Below are positions 1-14,129 of a DNA stretch of 64,000 nt, in pieces. Source of the DNA: an uncultured delta proteobacterium (GTDB taxonomy: Bacteria > Myxococcota_A > UBA9160 > UBA6930). The notes beneath the pieces were generated by a model, which saw only the letters and a list, made by a program, of their open reading frames with translations, was not told the DNA's origin and did not search any database. The translations under genes and the position numbers were made by a program. Numbering within the stretch: position 1 is the stretch's first letter; each line of letters begins with the position of its first letter. The DNA is taken from the NCBI GenBank assembly GCA_963716275.1, contig CAVQTC010000011.1:24901-88900 (forward strand), written 5' to 3'.

Positions 1-697
1 CGAGCAGGAGCGCCTGCGCGCCCGCCTCGCGGGCCTCGGGCAGATGGCGGCCGGCCTCGCCCACGAGCTCCGCAATCCGCTCGCCTCGATCGAGCTCCTG
101 GCCGGCCTCCTGAAGCGCGAGCTGGGCGAGCGGCCCGAGGTCCTCGAGCTGGTCGAGGAGATCTCGCACGAGGTGCAGACGCTCTCGGCCACGGTGGACA
201 CCTGCCTCGCCTGGGTGCGACCCGGCGTAGCCGAGTGCGCCGAGTTCTCCCCCGCCGAGCTGTTCGCCGAGACCCTGCGGCGCGCCCGGGCGCGCGTGCC
301 CTTCGCTGGCGCGGTGGTCGTCCAGGTGGACCCGAGCGCGCGCGGGAGCGGCGACTTCGCCCAGCTGCGCAGCGCCCTCGAGAACCTGGTCGTGAACGCG
401 CTCCAGGCCATGGCCAGCCACGCCCGGCCGGAGGGCCACCGCCTCGAGCTGCGCGCGCTCGCGCGCGAGCCCGAGGGCCTCTCGCTCCTCGTCTGCGACA
501 GCGGCCCCGGGGTTCCCCTGGAGCTTCGCGAGCGCATCTTCTTCCCGTTCTTCACCACGCGCAGCGGGGGCTCGGGCATCGGGCTCGCGCTCGTCCAAAA
601 GGTGGCCGCGAGCCACGGCGGAAGCGTCGGCGTCTCGGACGGCGCGGCCGGAGGCGCCTGCTTCGCCCTCCACCTGCCCGGGGAGCCGTCGCAGTGA
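1..697 (+). CDS. Sensor histidine kinase, 5'-partial (HisKA + HATPase_c)
   Basis: H-box AHELRNPL, N-box LENLVVNALQA, G1 DSGPG, F-box FFPFFTT, G2 GSGIGL; the frame runs off the left edge. Confidence 0.9.
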   Translation, partial: EQERLRARLAGLGQMAAGLAHELRNPLASIELLAGLLKRELGERPEVLELVEEISHEVQTLSATVDTCLAWVRPGVAECAEFSPAELFAETLRRARARVPFAGAVVVQVDPSARGSGDFAQLRSALENLVVNALQAMASHARPEGHRLELRALAREPEGLSLLVCDSGPGVPLELRERIFFPFFTTRSGGSGIGLALVQKVAASHGGSVGVSDGAAGGACFALHLPGEPSQ

Positions 698-2100
698 GCT
701 CCGCGGTGGGCAGCCTGCTGGTGGTGGAGGACAACGCCGCCCTGCGCCGCGCGATCGCGCGTGCCCTCGCGGAGCGCTTCGAGCGCATCGACGAGGCCGA
801 GCAAGTGAGCGTCGCCCTCGAGCAGATCGCCACGACCGAGCGGGTCTACGACGTCGTGCTCAGCGACCTGCGGCTGCCCGGCGGGAGCGGCCTCGACGTG
901 CTGCGCGCGGCGCGGGCGCGCGACGTGCGCACCGCCGTGGTGGTGATGACCGCCCACGGCAGCGTCGACGTCGCGGTGGCGGCGATGCGCGAGGGCGCCG
1001 TCGACTTCCTGGAGAAGCCCTTCGAGCTCGCCGAGCTCGAGGCGCGCATCGAGAAAGCGGCCGGCCACGCGCGCCTGCTGGGCGAGGTCAGCGAGCTGCG
1101 CGCCTCGCTCTCGGCGCGGCGCTCGCGCGGCCTGCTCCTGGGCCGGAGCCCCGCGCTGCTCGCCGCGGTGGAGCTCGCCGAGCGCGTGGCGCCGACGCGC
1201 GCGACGGTCCTCGTCACCGGCGAGACCGGCACCGGGAAGGAGCTGATCGCGGGCCTCGTCCACGCCTCCTCGCCGCGCGCCGACGGGCCTTTCGTGAAGG
1301 TGAACTGCGCGGCGCTCCCGGAGACCCTCCTCGAATCGGAGCTGTTCGGGCACGAGCGCGGCGCGTTCACGTCGGCGGATCGGCAGCGCATCGGGCGCTT
1401 CGAGCAAGCGAGCGGCGGGACGCTCTTCCTCGACGAGATCGGCGATCTCTCCCTCGCCACCCAGTCGAAGCTCCTGCGCGTGCTGCAGGACCAGGAGTTC
1501 CAGCGCCTCGGCGGAACGCGCGTGCTGCGCACCGACGCGCGCATCGTGGCCGCCACCAACAAGGATCTCGCGACGGCCATCGTGCGCGGCGACTTCCGCG
1601 AAGACCTCTACTTCCGGCTCAACGTGATCGCCATCCAGCTGCCGCCGCTCCGCGAGCGCCCCGAGGACGTCGAGCTCCTGGCACGCCACTTCCTGGCGGA
1701 GTTCGCGCGCGAGCTCGGGCGACCCCGCAGAGGCTTCAGCGCGGCGGCGCTCGTGCGCGTGCGCGGGCACCCCTGGCCCGGCAACGTGCGCGAGCTCTGC
1801 AACGCGATCGAGCGCGCCGTCCTGATGAGCGACGGCCCCGCGATCGAGGTCGGCGACCTCCAGCTCGCCGACGCGAGCCTGCACGCGGCCGGGGCCGGCT
1901 GGCGGCCCCAGCTGCCCAGCGGGGGCTTGGGCCTCGGCGAGGTCGAGCGGGCGGTCGTGCTGGAGGCGCTCGAGCGCTCGGCCTGGGTCCAGAAGGACGC
2001 TGCCGCCTGGCTGCGCATCACTCGCCGCAAGCTGAACTACATGATCCAGCAGATGGGCATCACCCACGCCACCTGGCGGCGCAACCGGGACACGGACTGA
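694..2100 (+). CDS. Sigma54-dependent (NtrC-family) response regulator: REC, AAA+, HTH
   Basis: REC motifs LLVVEDN...SDLRLP...KP; Walker A GETGTGKE; ESELFGHERGAFTSA; LFLDEIG; WPGNVREL; GTG start overlaps the kinase stop (GTGA). Confidence 0.92.
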   Translation: MSSAVGSLLVVEDNAALRRAIARALAERFERIDEAEQVSVALEQIATTERVYDVVLSDLRLPGGSGLDVLRAARARDVRTAVVVMTAHGSVDVAVAAMREGAVDFLEKPFELAELEARIEKAAGHARLLGEVSELRASLSARRSRGLLLGRSPALLAAVELAERVAPTRATVLVTGETGTGKELIAGLVHASSPRADGPFVKVNCAALPETLLESELFGHERGAFTSADRQRIGRFEQASGGTLFLDEIGDLSLATQSKLLRVLQDQEFQRLGGTRVLRTDARIVAATNKDLATAIVRGDFREDLYFRLNVIAIQLPPLRERPEDVELLARHFLAEFARELGRPRRGFSAAALVRVRGHPWPGNVRELCNAIERAVLMSDGPAIEVGDLQLADASLHAAGAGWRPQLPSGGLGLGEVERAVVLEALERSAWVQKDAAAWLRITRRKLNYMIQQMGITHATWRRNRDTD

Positions 2101-2163
2101 GGCAGCGGGCTCGCGCCCCGCTCCGTTACTCTCCCCGCCCGCCCCCACTTCGAGGAGCCCGCC

Positions 2164-4704
2164 ATGTCGTTGGCTCGCCTTTCCCTCCTTGCGCTCGCGT
2201 TCGCACTCGCGCTCCTGGGCTGCCAGAGCGACGCCGAGCGGGCCGCCGCGCACCTGAAGCGCGGCGACGAGTTCGCCAAGGCCGAGAAGTGGGACGAGGC
2301 GGCGATCGAGTACCGCAACGTCATCCAGATCGATCCCAACAGTGCGCCCGCCCACTTCGGGCTGGCCAAGGCCTACCTCGGCAAGAAGGACGCTCGCTCG
2401 GCCTACTGGGAGCTCGAGGAGACCGTCCGTCTCGACCCCAAGAACGTCGACGCCCGCATCCAGTTCGGCGAGTTCCAGCTGTTGGGGACGAAGGACGACC
2501 TCGAGAAGGCCCTCGCGAGCGGCGAGGCGGTCATCGCGGCCGACCCGCAGCGCTGGGAGGGCTACGCCCTCAAGGGCCGCGCGCTGGCCGGTCTGGGCCG
2601 CCACGAGCAGGCGGGCGATGCCTTCCAGAAGGCTGAGCAGCTGGCTGCGGACCAGCCCGCCCCGCTCCTGCTCTGGGCCAACCACCTCCGGACCGCTGGC
2701 AAGACGGCGGAGGCCGAGGCGGCCTACAAGCAGCTCGCGGCCAAGTTCCCGGGCTTCCCCACCGCCGCCGCGCTGGGCGGCTTCTACGCGACCCTCGAGG
2801 GGCGCGACGCCGACGCCGAGGCCGCCTACCGGGATGGGCTCGCGAAGGCAAAGCCCAACGAGGTGACCTTCGCCACCACCGTGGTCGCGAACTTCTTGGC
2901 CTCGCGCGGCCGGCTGGACGAGGCCGAACAGACGATGCGCGATGCGATCGCCAAGTCTCCCGATTCGGTGGATCTGATCTACGTGCTCGCCGGCTTCTAC
3001 CAGAGCCGGGGTCGCGCCGACGAAGCCACGAAGATGGTGGAGCAGGCCACCACCGCGCAGCCCAACAAGCCCGAGCCGTGGCTGGTCCTCTCCCAGTACC
3101 GCGGCCGACTACGGGACTTCGACGGCGCGCTGGCCGCCGCCGAGAAGGCGGTGGCCGTTGCGCCTGACAACGTCACCGCGAAGCTGCGGCGCGCCGAGGT
3201 GCTGGTCGACATCGGCCGCGAGAAGAACGACCCGAAGGCGCTCGCCCAGGCGCGCGAGGTGGTGGACGCGATCCTGGCCACCGACGAGGGCCATCCCGAG
3301 GCAAATTTCGTGAAGGCCAAGCTCGACCTCTCGGCGGGCAAGACCGACGACGCGCTCGCCGATCTGCGCAAGACGATCGACCGCAACCCCGCGCTTCCCG
3401 AAGCGCACTTCCTGATGGCCTCGGCCCAGATGCTCGCCGGGGACCGCACCGGCGCGCGCACCTCCGCCTCGCGCGCGCTCGAGCTGCGCGCGAACTTCCC
3501 CGAGGCCCTCGCGCTGCTCGCGCGTATCCACGCCGCGCTCGGCGATCACGCGCTGGCGATCGAGGTCGGCAAGCGGGCGATCGCCCAGGGTGCCGATCCC
3601 GAAGAGATGCACATCGTGATCGCCCAGAACCTCGTCCAGGAGGGCCAGCTCGGGGCCGCCCGCGAGGAGCTCGAGCAGATCGCGCCCGAGGCGCGCGGCG
3701 TCGATGCGCTCTTCGCGCTGGGCCGCGTGCGCCTCTTCCAGGGCATCGAGGCCACGCGCAAGGCGCGCGATGCGTCGGGGGCCGTGAAGGACGCGCGCGC
3801 CGAGAAGGACGCCGCGGCGGCCTTCGCGGACGCGCGGCAGTACCTCGAGCAGGCGGCGAAGCTTTCGCCCAACAACCCGGAGATCCTGGCCTCGCTCTTC
3901 CCGCTCGACCAGCGCGAGGGCAGGCTCGCGGAGTCGAGCGCCCGAGTTGCCGCCGCCGTCGCCGCGGATCCGAAGAGCGGGGCGTTGGCGCGGCTCGCGG
4001 GGGACGTGGAAGCCGTCTCCGGGCACGTCGACAAGGCCGAGGCCAGCTACCGGCGCGCGATCGAGTTGAACGCGAACGATCTGGAGGCGTACGGGCGGCT
4101 CGCGGCGCTTCTGGCTCGGATCCCGGGGCGGGGCGGCGAGATCGTGAAGACCTACGAGGACGCGCTCGCCAAGAACCCGAAGTCCGGAGAGATCCAGCTG
4201 ATCCTCGGGCTCCTCAAGGAAGGGCAGGGCGTGGCGACCCGGAACGACGCGCTCATCGAGGCGGCGGTTCAGCACTACGAGCAGGCCATCCAGCTGAACC
4301 CGGACCTGGCAGTGGCGAAGAACAACCTCGCCTACTGGCTCGCCGAGCGCGGCGGCAACCTCGACCGCGCCCTCGACCTCGCCCAGGAGGCGAAGGAGGT
4401 GCTGCCGAGCACGCCCGAGGTCGCCGACACGCTCGGCTGGGTCTTCTACAAGAAGAAGCTGCCGGACGTGGCCGTGAACTACTTCCGCGAGGCCGTGGGC
4501 GGGCTCCCGCACGGGAGCCCCACCCTGCCCCTGGTGCGCCACCACCTGGCGCTCGCCGAGGCAGGCAGCGGGGACCCCAAGGCGGCCGCCGCGGAGTGGG
4601 AGATGGCGCTGAAGGAGCAGGCCGCCCTCCAGCCCAAGGGAGCCCCCGACCCGGAGTGGGTCGCCGAGGCTCGCGCCGGCCTCAGCAAGGTCCGCCCCGG
4701 CTGA
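2164..4704 (+). CDS. Large TPR-repeat lipoprotein (PrsT-like)
   Basis: GAGGAG RBS, lipobox LALLG-C, many TPR repeats, C-terminal NNLAY...ALDLAQEA...DTLGWVFYK signature. Confidence 0.8.
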   Translation: MSLARLSLLALAFALALLGCQSDAERAAAHLKRGDEFAKAEKWDEAAIEYRNVIQIDPNSAPAHFGLAKAYLGKKDARSAYWELEETVRLDPKNVDARIQFGEFQLLGTKDDLEKALASGEAVIAADPQRWEGYALKGRALAGLGRHEQAGDAFQKAEQLAADQPAPLLLWANHLRTAGKTAEAEAAYKQLAAKFPGFPTAAALGGFYATLEGRDADAEAAYRDGLAKAKPNEVTFATTVVANFLASRGRLDEAEQTMRDAIAKSPDSVDLIYVLAGFYQSRGRADEATKMVEQATTAQPNKPEPWLVLSQYRGRLRDFDGALAAAEKAVAVAPDNVTAKLRRAEVLVDIGREKNDPKALAQAREVVDAILATDEGHPEANFVKAKLDLSAGKTDDALADLRKTIDRNPALPEAHFLMASAQMLAGDRTGARTSASRALELRANFPEALALLARIHAALGDHALAIEVGKRAIAQGADPEEMHIVIAQNLVQEGQLGAAREELEQIAPEARGVDALFALGRVRLFQGIEATRKARDASGAVKDARAEKDAAAAFADARQYLEQAAKLSPNNPEILASLFPLDQREGRLAESSARVAAAVAADPKSGALARLAGDVEAVSGHVDKAEASYRRAIELNANDLEAYGRLAALLARIPGRGGEIVKTYEDALAKNPKSGEIQLILGLLKEGQGVATRNDALIEAAVQHYEQAIQLNPDLAVAKNNLAYWLAERGGNLDRALDLAQEAKEVLPSTPEVADTLGWVFYKKKLPDVAVNYFREAVGGLPHGSPTLPLVRHHLALAEAGSGDPKAAAAEWEMALKEQAALQPKGAPDPEWVAEARAGLSKVRPG

Positions 4705-4811
4705 GGAGGTGGAGTTAACAGGGGGACGCTGGTTAACCGGGTTCGACAGCAGTCAGTACGACTACGTGGGCTCACCCGGTTAACCAGCGTCCCCCTGTTA
4801 ACTCCAGCTCC
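4705..4811. repeat. GGGGACG-family palindromic element E1 (38-bp inverted repeats, 31-nt spacer)
   Basis: 4705-4742 ggaggtggagttaacagggggacgctggttaaccgggt versus 4774-4811, 1 mismatch; starts directly after the TPR gene stop. Confidence 0.92.
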
Positions 4812-4817
4812 GTTCAA

Positions 4818-4844
4818 GCCTCATCGGGGGCCCGCCGATGAGGC
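4818..4844. other. GC hairpin (10-bp stem) upstream of the lysM gene
   Basis: gcctcatcgg-gggcccg-ccgatgaggc. Confidence 0.5.
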
Positions 4845-4901
4845 CGGGGAACCGGCGTGCGTCCCAGCTCGGGCGGCGCGCGGTCTCGTGCGGAGGGACT
4901 C

Positions 4902-6095
4902 ATGAGGCTCACGAAGCTCGCGTTGGCCGTCGGGCTGGCGCTCGCATTCGAAGGACCGCTCGCTGCGGAGGAGCAGGCGCCGCCCGCGTCCGCTTCCGAC
5001 GCGGCACAGGCCGACGCAACGCCCGCTGCGGCTCCCGCGGCCGCAGCCGAGGCGGACGCGCCCGTTCCGGGGCGGGAGCTCGGCCAGGCCGGCTACGACT
5101 CGCAGGGTCGCCCGGGCCGCATCCACGTCGTGAAGAAGGGCGACACGCTCTGGGACATCTCCGACGCCTACCTCGGCACGCCCTGGGTCTGGCCGTCGAT
5201 CTGGAAGGACAACACGGCGGAGGTCGAGAACCCCCACCGCATCTATCCCAGCGAGCGCATCTGGATCAGCCCCTACGAGATGCGCAAGGTCAGCGACGCC
5301 GAGGCCGCCGAGATGCTCGCGCGCACGCCCGCCGAGGAGGCCGCGCCGGTCGAGCCGATGCCCGCCGCGATCGCCGATCCGGATGGCCCGGAGCCCATGC
5401 ACCCGCGCGCCATGTACCACTACGCGGAGATCGACACGACGGGCTTCGTGACCCTCGAGGAGCTCGAGGGCGCCGCCTCCATCGTCGACGCCCCCACGCT
5501 GCGCACCATGCTCTCGGACAACACCGAGGTCGTGATCGGCCTGGGCGAGGGCGAGGTCGCCGTCGGCGACCAGCTCGACGTCTTCCGGCCCGGCGAGCTC
5601 GTGGTCGATCCGGCGACGAGCAAGAAGATCGGCCGCGTGACCGAGCAGCTCGGCTGGCTCGAGGTGACCGTGGTCCACAAGGAGTCGGCCACCGCCATCG
5701 TGCGCAAGTCGCGCTCCGAGATCGTGCGCGGCGACCACGTGATGCCGCGCCGCCACCGGGACCCCGACGTGGCGATCGGCGATCGCACGAGCGTCGAGGG
5801 CATGATCGCCTGGACGCCGAACCACCGGCTCCAGATGAGCCAGGGCGACGTCGTCTATCTGAACCGCGGCAGCCGCCAGGGCCTCGAGCTCGGCAGCCCG
5901 ATCGAGGTCTACGATCCGATGGGCAAGGAGCGCGACACGGTGCGCGACGAGGTGCGCGAGCTCCCGGATACGGTGATCGGGAAGGGCATCGTGGTCGACC
6001 TCTACGACGACACCGCGGTCGCGGTGGTGACGCACGCGACGGTCGAGCTGATGCGCGGGTACCGCTTCCGCGGCTCGGACTCGATCGCGCCCTGA
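4902..6095 (+). CDS. LysM peptidoglycan-binding protein (TsaP-like)
   Basis: Signal peptide; LysM motif HVVKKGDTLWDISDAYLGTPWVWPSIW...NPHRIYP; sits directly before dprA. Confidence 0.85.
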   Translation: MRLTKLALAVGLALAFEGPLAAEEQAPPASASDAAQADATPAAAPAAAAEADAPVPGRELGQAGYDSQGRPGRIHVVKKGDTLWDISDAYLGTPWVWPSIWKDNTAEVENPHRIYPSERIWISPYEMRKVSDAEAAEMLARTPAEEAAPVEPMPAAIADPDGPEPMHPRAMYHYAEIDTTGFVTLEELEGAASIVDAPTLRTMLSDNTEVVIGLGEGEVAVGDQLDVFRPGELVVDPATSKKIGRVTEQLGWLEVTVVHKESATAIVRKSRSEIVRGDHVMPRRHRDPDVAIGDRTSVEGMIAWTPNHRLQMSQGDVVYLNRGSRQGLELGSPIEVYDPMGKERDTVRDEVRELPDTVIGKGIVVDLYDDTAVAVVTHATVELMRGYRFRGSDSIAP

Positions 6096-6116
6096 ACGCG
6101 CCACGACGTTCGCACG

Positions 6117-6151
6117 CGCCCGCCGGCGTTCGCCGGCGGGCGTTTGCGTTT
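6117..6151 (+). terminator. Probable intrinsic terminator
   Basis: cgcccgccggcg-tt-cgccggcgggcg followed by tttgcgttt. Confidence 0.7.
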
Positions 6152-6213
6152 CGGGCCCTTGCAGCGCAGGCGCGGCGCGCGACGCTCGGCTCCTCCCCGG
6201 TCCCGGCGGGCAC

Positions 6214-7341
6214 ATGGACATCCTCGACGCGCGCGATCCGAGCGCGCGGCCCGCGCTCGTGGCCTGGCTGCGCGTCCAGCGCCGCTACGCCCTCCATCCG
6301 GAGGAGCTGCCGCCGGCCGTGCGCCGCGCGCGGGAGCCGGCGGCCGTGCTGGCCGCGGCGGGGATCCCGCGCGCGGGCGAGGCGCGCGTGGAGCGCGACT
6401 GCGCTGCGCTCGCCAGCTGCGCGGCGCGCGCGCTCCCGATCTCGTCGCCAGCCTATCCCGAGCGGCTGCGCAGGCTCCCCGACGCGCCGCCGCTCATCGT
6501 CGTGCGCGGCAACCCGGCGCTCTTCGCGGTGCGCGCCGTCGCCATCGTCGGAGCGCGCGCCGCCACCGTCTACGGGCGCGAGATCGCGCGCGAGCTCGCG
6601 GCGGCGGCGGCCCGCGCGGGGCTGCTCGTGGTCTCGGGGCTCGCGCGCGGGATCGACGCCTGTGCGCACGAGGCGGCGCTCGCCGCCGGGGGCGCGAGCC
6701 TCGCCTGGCTGCCGTGCGGCATCGATCGCATCTACCCGCCCAATCACCGGCGGCTCGGGCAGGCGCTGATCGCGGGGGGCGCCGTCGCCAGCGAGTTCCC
6801 GATCGGCACGCCCCCACGCGCAGCCTACTTCCCGCTGCGCAATCGCCTGATCAGCGGCCTCTCGGAGGCCGTGGTGGTGGTGGAGGCGCGCGAGCGCAGC
6901 GGCTCGCTCGTGACCGCGCGCCTCGCCGGCGACCAGAGCGTGGACGTGCTCGCGGTGCCGGGCTCGATCCGCTCGCCCACGAGCGCGGGGCCGAATCGGC
7001 TCCTGCGCGACGGCGCCGGCATGGTGACGTGCGCCGAGGATCTACTGCAGGCACTGGGGCTCCCGGCTCCCGACCGCCCCAGTGAGCCAATCGCTCCGCG
7101 CCGTCCGCCGGTCGCACCGCGCAGCGCGCCGGAAGCGCCTGCGCTGCTGGGTCGGATCCTGCGCGCGCTCCGCGCCGAGCCGCTCTCGCGCGATGCGCTC
7201 GCCGACCAGCTCGGCGAGGGCGCCGAGGCGATCGCCGGCGCGCTCGCGCAGCTCGAGGTCGCCGGCAGCGCGAGCGAGGATCGCGACGGCCGCTGGGTGC
7301 CCCGGGCCCTCGCGAGCGAGGAGAGCCCCGGCCGGCTATGA
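6214..7341 (+). CDS. dprA: DNA-processing protein DprA
   Basis: VAIVGAR, VVSGLARGID..AH, FPLRNRLISGLS, VVVEA.ERSGSL.TA. Confidence 0.93.
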   Translation: MDILDARDPSARPALVAWLRVQRRYALHPEELPPAVRRAREPAAVLAAAGIPRAGEARVERDCAALASCAARALPISSPAYPERLRRLPDAPPLIVVRGNPALFAVRAVAIVGARAATVYGREIARELAAAAARAGLLVVSGLARGIDACAHEAALAAGGASLAWLPCGIDRIYPPNHRRLGQALIAGGAVASEFPIGTPPRAAYFPLRNRLISGLSEAVVVVEARERSGSLVTARLAGDQSVDVLAVPGSIRSPTSAGPNRLLRDGAGMVTCAEDLLQALGLPAPDRPSEPIAPRRPPVAPRSAPEAPALLGRILRALRAEPLSRDALADQLGEGAEAIAGALAQLEVAGSASEDRDGRWVPRALASEESPGRL

Positions 7342-7348
7342 CCCCCGC

Positions 7349-8662
7349 ATGCAGGCGGTCGTCGTGGGGGCGGGGCTCGCGGGCTGCGAGGCGGCCTGGC
7401 AGCTCGCCGAGCGCGGCATCTCGGTCGCGCTCTACGAGATGAAGCCTGCGCGCTTCTCGCCCGCGCACGGGAGCCCCGAGCTCGCCGAGCTCGTGTGCAG
7501 CAACTCGCTGCGCGCGGCCGCGGTCGAGAATGCCGTGGGCCTCCTCAAGGAGGAGATGCGCCGGCTGGGCTCTCTCATCGTGCGCGCGGCCGACGAGACC
7601 GCGGTGCCCGCGGGCCGCGCGCTGGCCGTGGATCGGCTCGAGTTCTCGCGGCGGGTGACGGCGGAGATCGAGGGTCACCCGCGCATCGCGCTGCGGCGCG
7701 AGGAGGTGGCGCGCATCCCCGACGCGCCTCTCGTGATCCTCGCCACGGGGCCGCTCACGGCGCCCGCCCTCGCGAGCGAGCTCCAGGCGATCGTGGGCGG
7801 CGCATCGCTCTACTTCTACGACGCGATCTCGCCCATCGTGTACGCGGACTCGGTGGACGCCGCGGCCGGGTTCCGCGCGTCGCGCTGGGAGGACGGGCCG
7901 GGCGACTACCTGAACCTGCCGCTCGACGCCGCGCAGTACGAGGCCTTCGTGGCCGGCCTGTGTGCGGCCGATGCGGTCCCCGCCCATGCCTTCGAGAAGG
8001 CGCTCTACTTCGAGGGCTGCCTCCCGATCGAGGAGATGGCGCGCCGCGGGCCGGCGACGCTGCGCTTCGGGCCGATGAAGGCCGTGGGGCTCAGCGACCC
8101 GCGCACGGGCCGGCGCCCCTACGCCGTGGTCCAGCTGCGCAACGAGGACAAGCGCGGCTCGCTCTACAACCTGGTGGGCTTCCAGACGAAGCTCCGCCAA
8201 GGCGAGCAGCAGCGCCTGCTGCGGACGCTCCCCGGGCTGGCGGAGGCCGTCTTCGCGCGCCTGGGCTCCGTGCACCGCAACACCTACGTCGACGCGCCGC
8301 GCGTGCTCGACGGCGCCTTCGCGCTGCGCGCGCGGCCGAACGTGCTCTTGGCCGGCCAGATGACGGGCGTCGAGGGCTACGTGGAGAGCGCCGCCACGGG
8401 CCTTCTGGCCGGTCTTTTTGCGGCGGCGCGCTCGCGCGGCGCGCCGCGCCCGGAGCCGCCGCCCGAGAGCGCCCACGGCGCCTTGCTCGCCCACCTGCGC
8501 GAGGAGCGGCCCCACGGCTACCAGCCGATGAACGTGAACTTCGGCCTCTTTCCGCCGCTCGCCGAGCGGCCGGCCACACGGCTCGAGCGCAATCGGCGGC
8601 TGGCGGAGCGCGCGCTCGCGGAGCTCGACGGCTTCCGGCGCGCGAGCGAGGCGCTGGCGTGA
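7349..8662 (+). CDS. trmFO: Methylenetetrahydrofolate-tRNA-(uracil-5-)-methyltransferase TrmFO (Gid)
   Basis: [47 protein letters not shown]. Confidence 0.95.
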   Translation: MQAVVVGAGLAGCEAAWQLAERGISVALYEMKPARFSPAHGSPELAELVCSNSLRAAAVENAVGLLKEEMRRLGSLIVRAADETAVPAGRALAVDRLEFSRRVTAEIEGHPRIALRREEVARIPDAPLVILATGPLTAPALASELQAIVGGASLYFYDAISPIVYADSVDAAAGFRASRWEDGPGDYLNLPLDAAQYEAFVAGLCAADAVPAHAFEKALYFEGCLPIEEMARRGPATLRFGPMKAVGLSDPRTGRRPYAVVQLRNEDKRGSLYNLVGFQTKLRQGEQQRLLRTLPGLAEAVFARLGSVHRNTYVDAPRVLDGAFALRARPNVLLAGQMTGVEGYVESAATGLLAGLFAAARSRGAPRPEPPPESAHGALLAHLREERPHGYQPMNVNFGLFPPLAERPATRLERNRRLAERALAELDGFRRASEALA

Positions 8663-9585
8663 GCTGGGACGACGCGCTCGCCGCCTTCGGGCGCTTCCTG
8701 CGCTCGGAGCGCGGCTTCTCGGAGCACACGGCGCGCGCCTACCTCTCCGACGTGCGCCAGCTCGCGCGCCACGCGAAGGCGCGCCCGCAGCGCGTGAGCG
8801 CCGACGACGTGCGCGCCTTCCTCGCCAGCCAGCACCGCGCGCGCTCGCCCGCGACCCTGGGCCGGCGACTCGCCGCCGTGCGCGCGTTCTTCCGCTTCCT
8901 CGTGCGCGAGGGCGCGCGGCGCGCGGACCCGACGCTGGGCATCCCGGCGCCGCGCGCGCCGCGGCCGCTCCCGCGCCCGCTCGCGGTGGACGACTGCGCC
9001 GCGCTGCTCGACGCGCAGAAGGTCTCCGACGGAGAGCCAGAGCTCGGCGCGCTCCGCGACCAGGCGATGCTCGAGCTGCTCTACGGCGCGGGGCTGCGCG
9101 TGGGCGAGCTGGTCGCGCTCGACGTGCGCGACGTGGATCTCGTGAGCCGCGAGGTGCGCGTGTGGGGGAAGGGCGCGAAGGAGCGCGTCGTCCCGCTGCC
9201 CGAGGCGACGCAGCTCGCGCTGCGCGCTTACCTCGATCGCCGGCGCGAGCCCGGCGTCCTCGCCCAGCCGCTCTTCGCTTCGCTCCGCGTTCCTCGCGGA
9301 GCGAAGCCCCAAAGACTCGACGCGCGCGCCGTGCGCCGGCAGCTGCGCCGCCGCGCGAGCGCGGCGGGCCTCGCGGACCGCGTGCATCCCCATCGGCTGC
9401 GCCACAGCTACGCGACGCATCTGCTCGACATGGGCGCCGACCTGCGCGCCATCCAGGAGCTGCTGGGCCACGCGAGCCTCTCGACGACGCAGCGCTACAC
9501 CGCCGTCTCGGCGGAGCGGCTGGTCGCCGTGTACGATCGCGCGCACCCGCGCGCCCGCCGCGAGAGACGGAGAGAGATCTCGTGA
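8659..9585 (+). CDS. xerC: Tyrosine recombinase XerC
   Basis: [49 protein letters not shown]; trmFO-xerC-hslV order. Confidence 0.9.
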   Translation: MSWDDALAAFGRFLRSERGFSEHTARAYLSDVRQLARHAKARPQRVSADDVRAFLASQHRARSPATLGRRLAAVRAFFRFLVREGARRADPTLGIPAPRAPRPLPRPLAVDDCAALLDAQKVSDGEPELGALRDQAMLELLYGAGLRVGELVALDVRDVDLVSREVRVWGKGAKERVVPLPEATQLALRAYLDRRREPGVLAQPLFASLRVPRGAKPQRLDARAVRRQLRRRASAAGLADRVHPHRLRHSYATHLLDMGADLRAIQELLGHASLSTTQRYTAVSAERLVAVYDRAHPRARRERRREIS

Positions 9586-10117
9586 CGGAGCGCCTCCGCG
9601 CCACCACCGTGCTCGCCGTGCTGCGCGGCGGGAAGCTCGCCCTTGCCGCCGACGGGCAGGTGACGGTCGGCAACATCGTGATGAAGCAAGGCGCCAACAA
9701 GCTGCGCCTGATCGCGAAGGGCCGGGCGGCGCTGGGCTTCGCGGGCGGCGCCGCCGACGGGCTCGCGCTCACCGAGCGGCTCGAGGCGAAGCTCGAGCAG
9801 CACGCGAGCAGCGTGCGCCGCGCGGCCGTCGAGCTCGCGCGCGACTGGCGCACCGATCGCGCGCTGCGCCGGCTCGAGGCGCTCCTGATCGTCGCCGACG
9901 CCGAGAACGTGCTCGTGGTCTCGGGCAACGGCGACGTGATCGAGCCCGATGACGGCATCGCGGCGATCGGCTCGGGCGGACCCTACGCGCTCGCCGCCGC
10001 GCGCGCCCTCGCGCGCCACTCGACGCTCGGCGCCGAGGAGATCGCGCGCGCCGCCCTCGCGATCGCTGCGGAGATCTGCATCTACACGAACGCCAACGTG
10101 CAGCTGGTGACGCTCCC

Positions 10118-10121
<4 letters not shown>
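9582..10121 (+). CDS. hslV: ATP-dependent protease subunit HslV
   Basis: [46 protein letters not shown]. Confidence 0.95.
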
Positions 10122-11476
<1,355 letters not shown>

Positions 11477-11512
11477 AGGGTGGATGCCCGAGCGGTCGGG
11501 CGGGGTGAGTGC

Positions 11513-13940
<2,428 letters not shown>

Positions 13941-13947
13941 CTGCTAG

Positions 13948-14040
13948 TGGGGACGTTCGTTTACGAAGTTTACGAGGCCGAGCGGCAAGACCCGGATGCG
14001 ATGTCGGGGGCCTCGTAAACTTCGTAAACGAACGTCCCCA
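13948..14040. repeat. GGGGACG-family palindromic element E2 (perfect 32-bp inverted repeats, 29-nt spacer)
   Basis: tggggacgttcgtttacgaagtttacgaggcc (13948-13979) and its exact reverse complement (14009-14040). Confidence 0.93.
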
Positions 14041-14129
14041 GCCCGGCCGCCTGCCTCAGCTTCGGCCCTCGGTCCGCCGATACCCGCTTCGTTCCGGCCC
14101 CCTCTGTTTCTGGGGGTCTCGGGGGCGAC

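Noticed and set aside
8659-9585. Tyrosine recombinase as a phage or island integrase
   Set aside because: It sits in the housekeeping trmFO-xerC-hslVU context with no att sites or cargo
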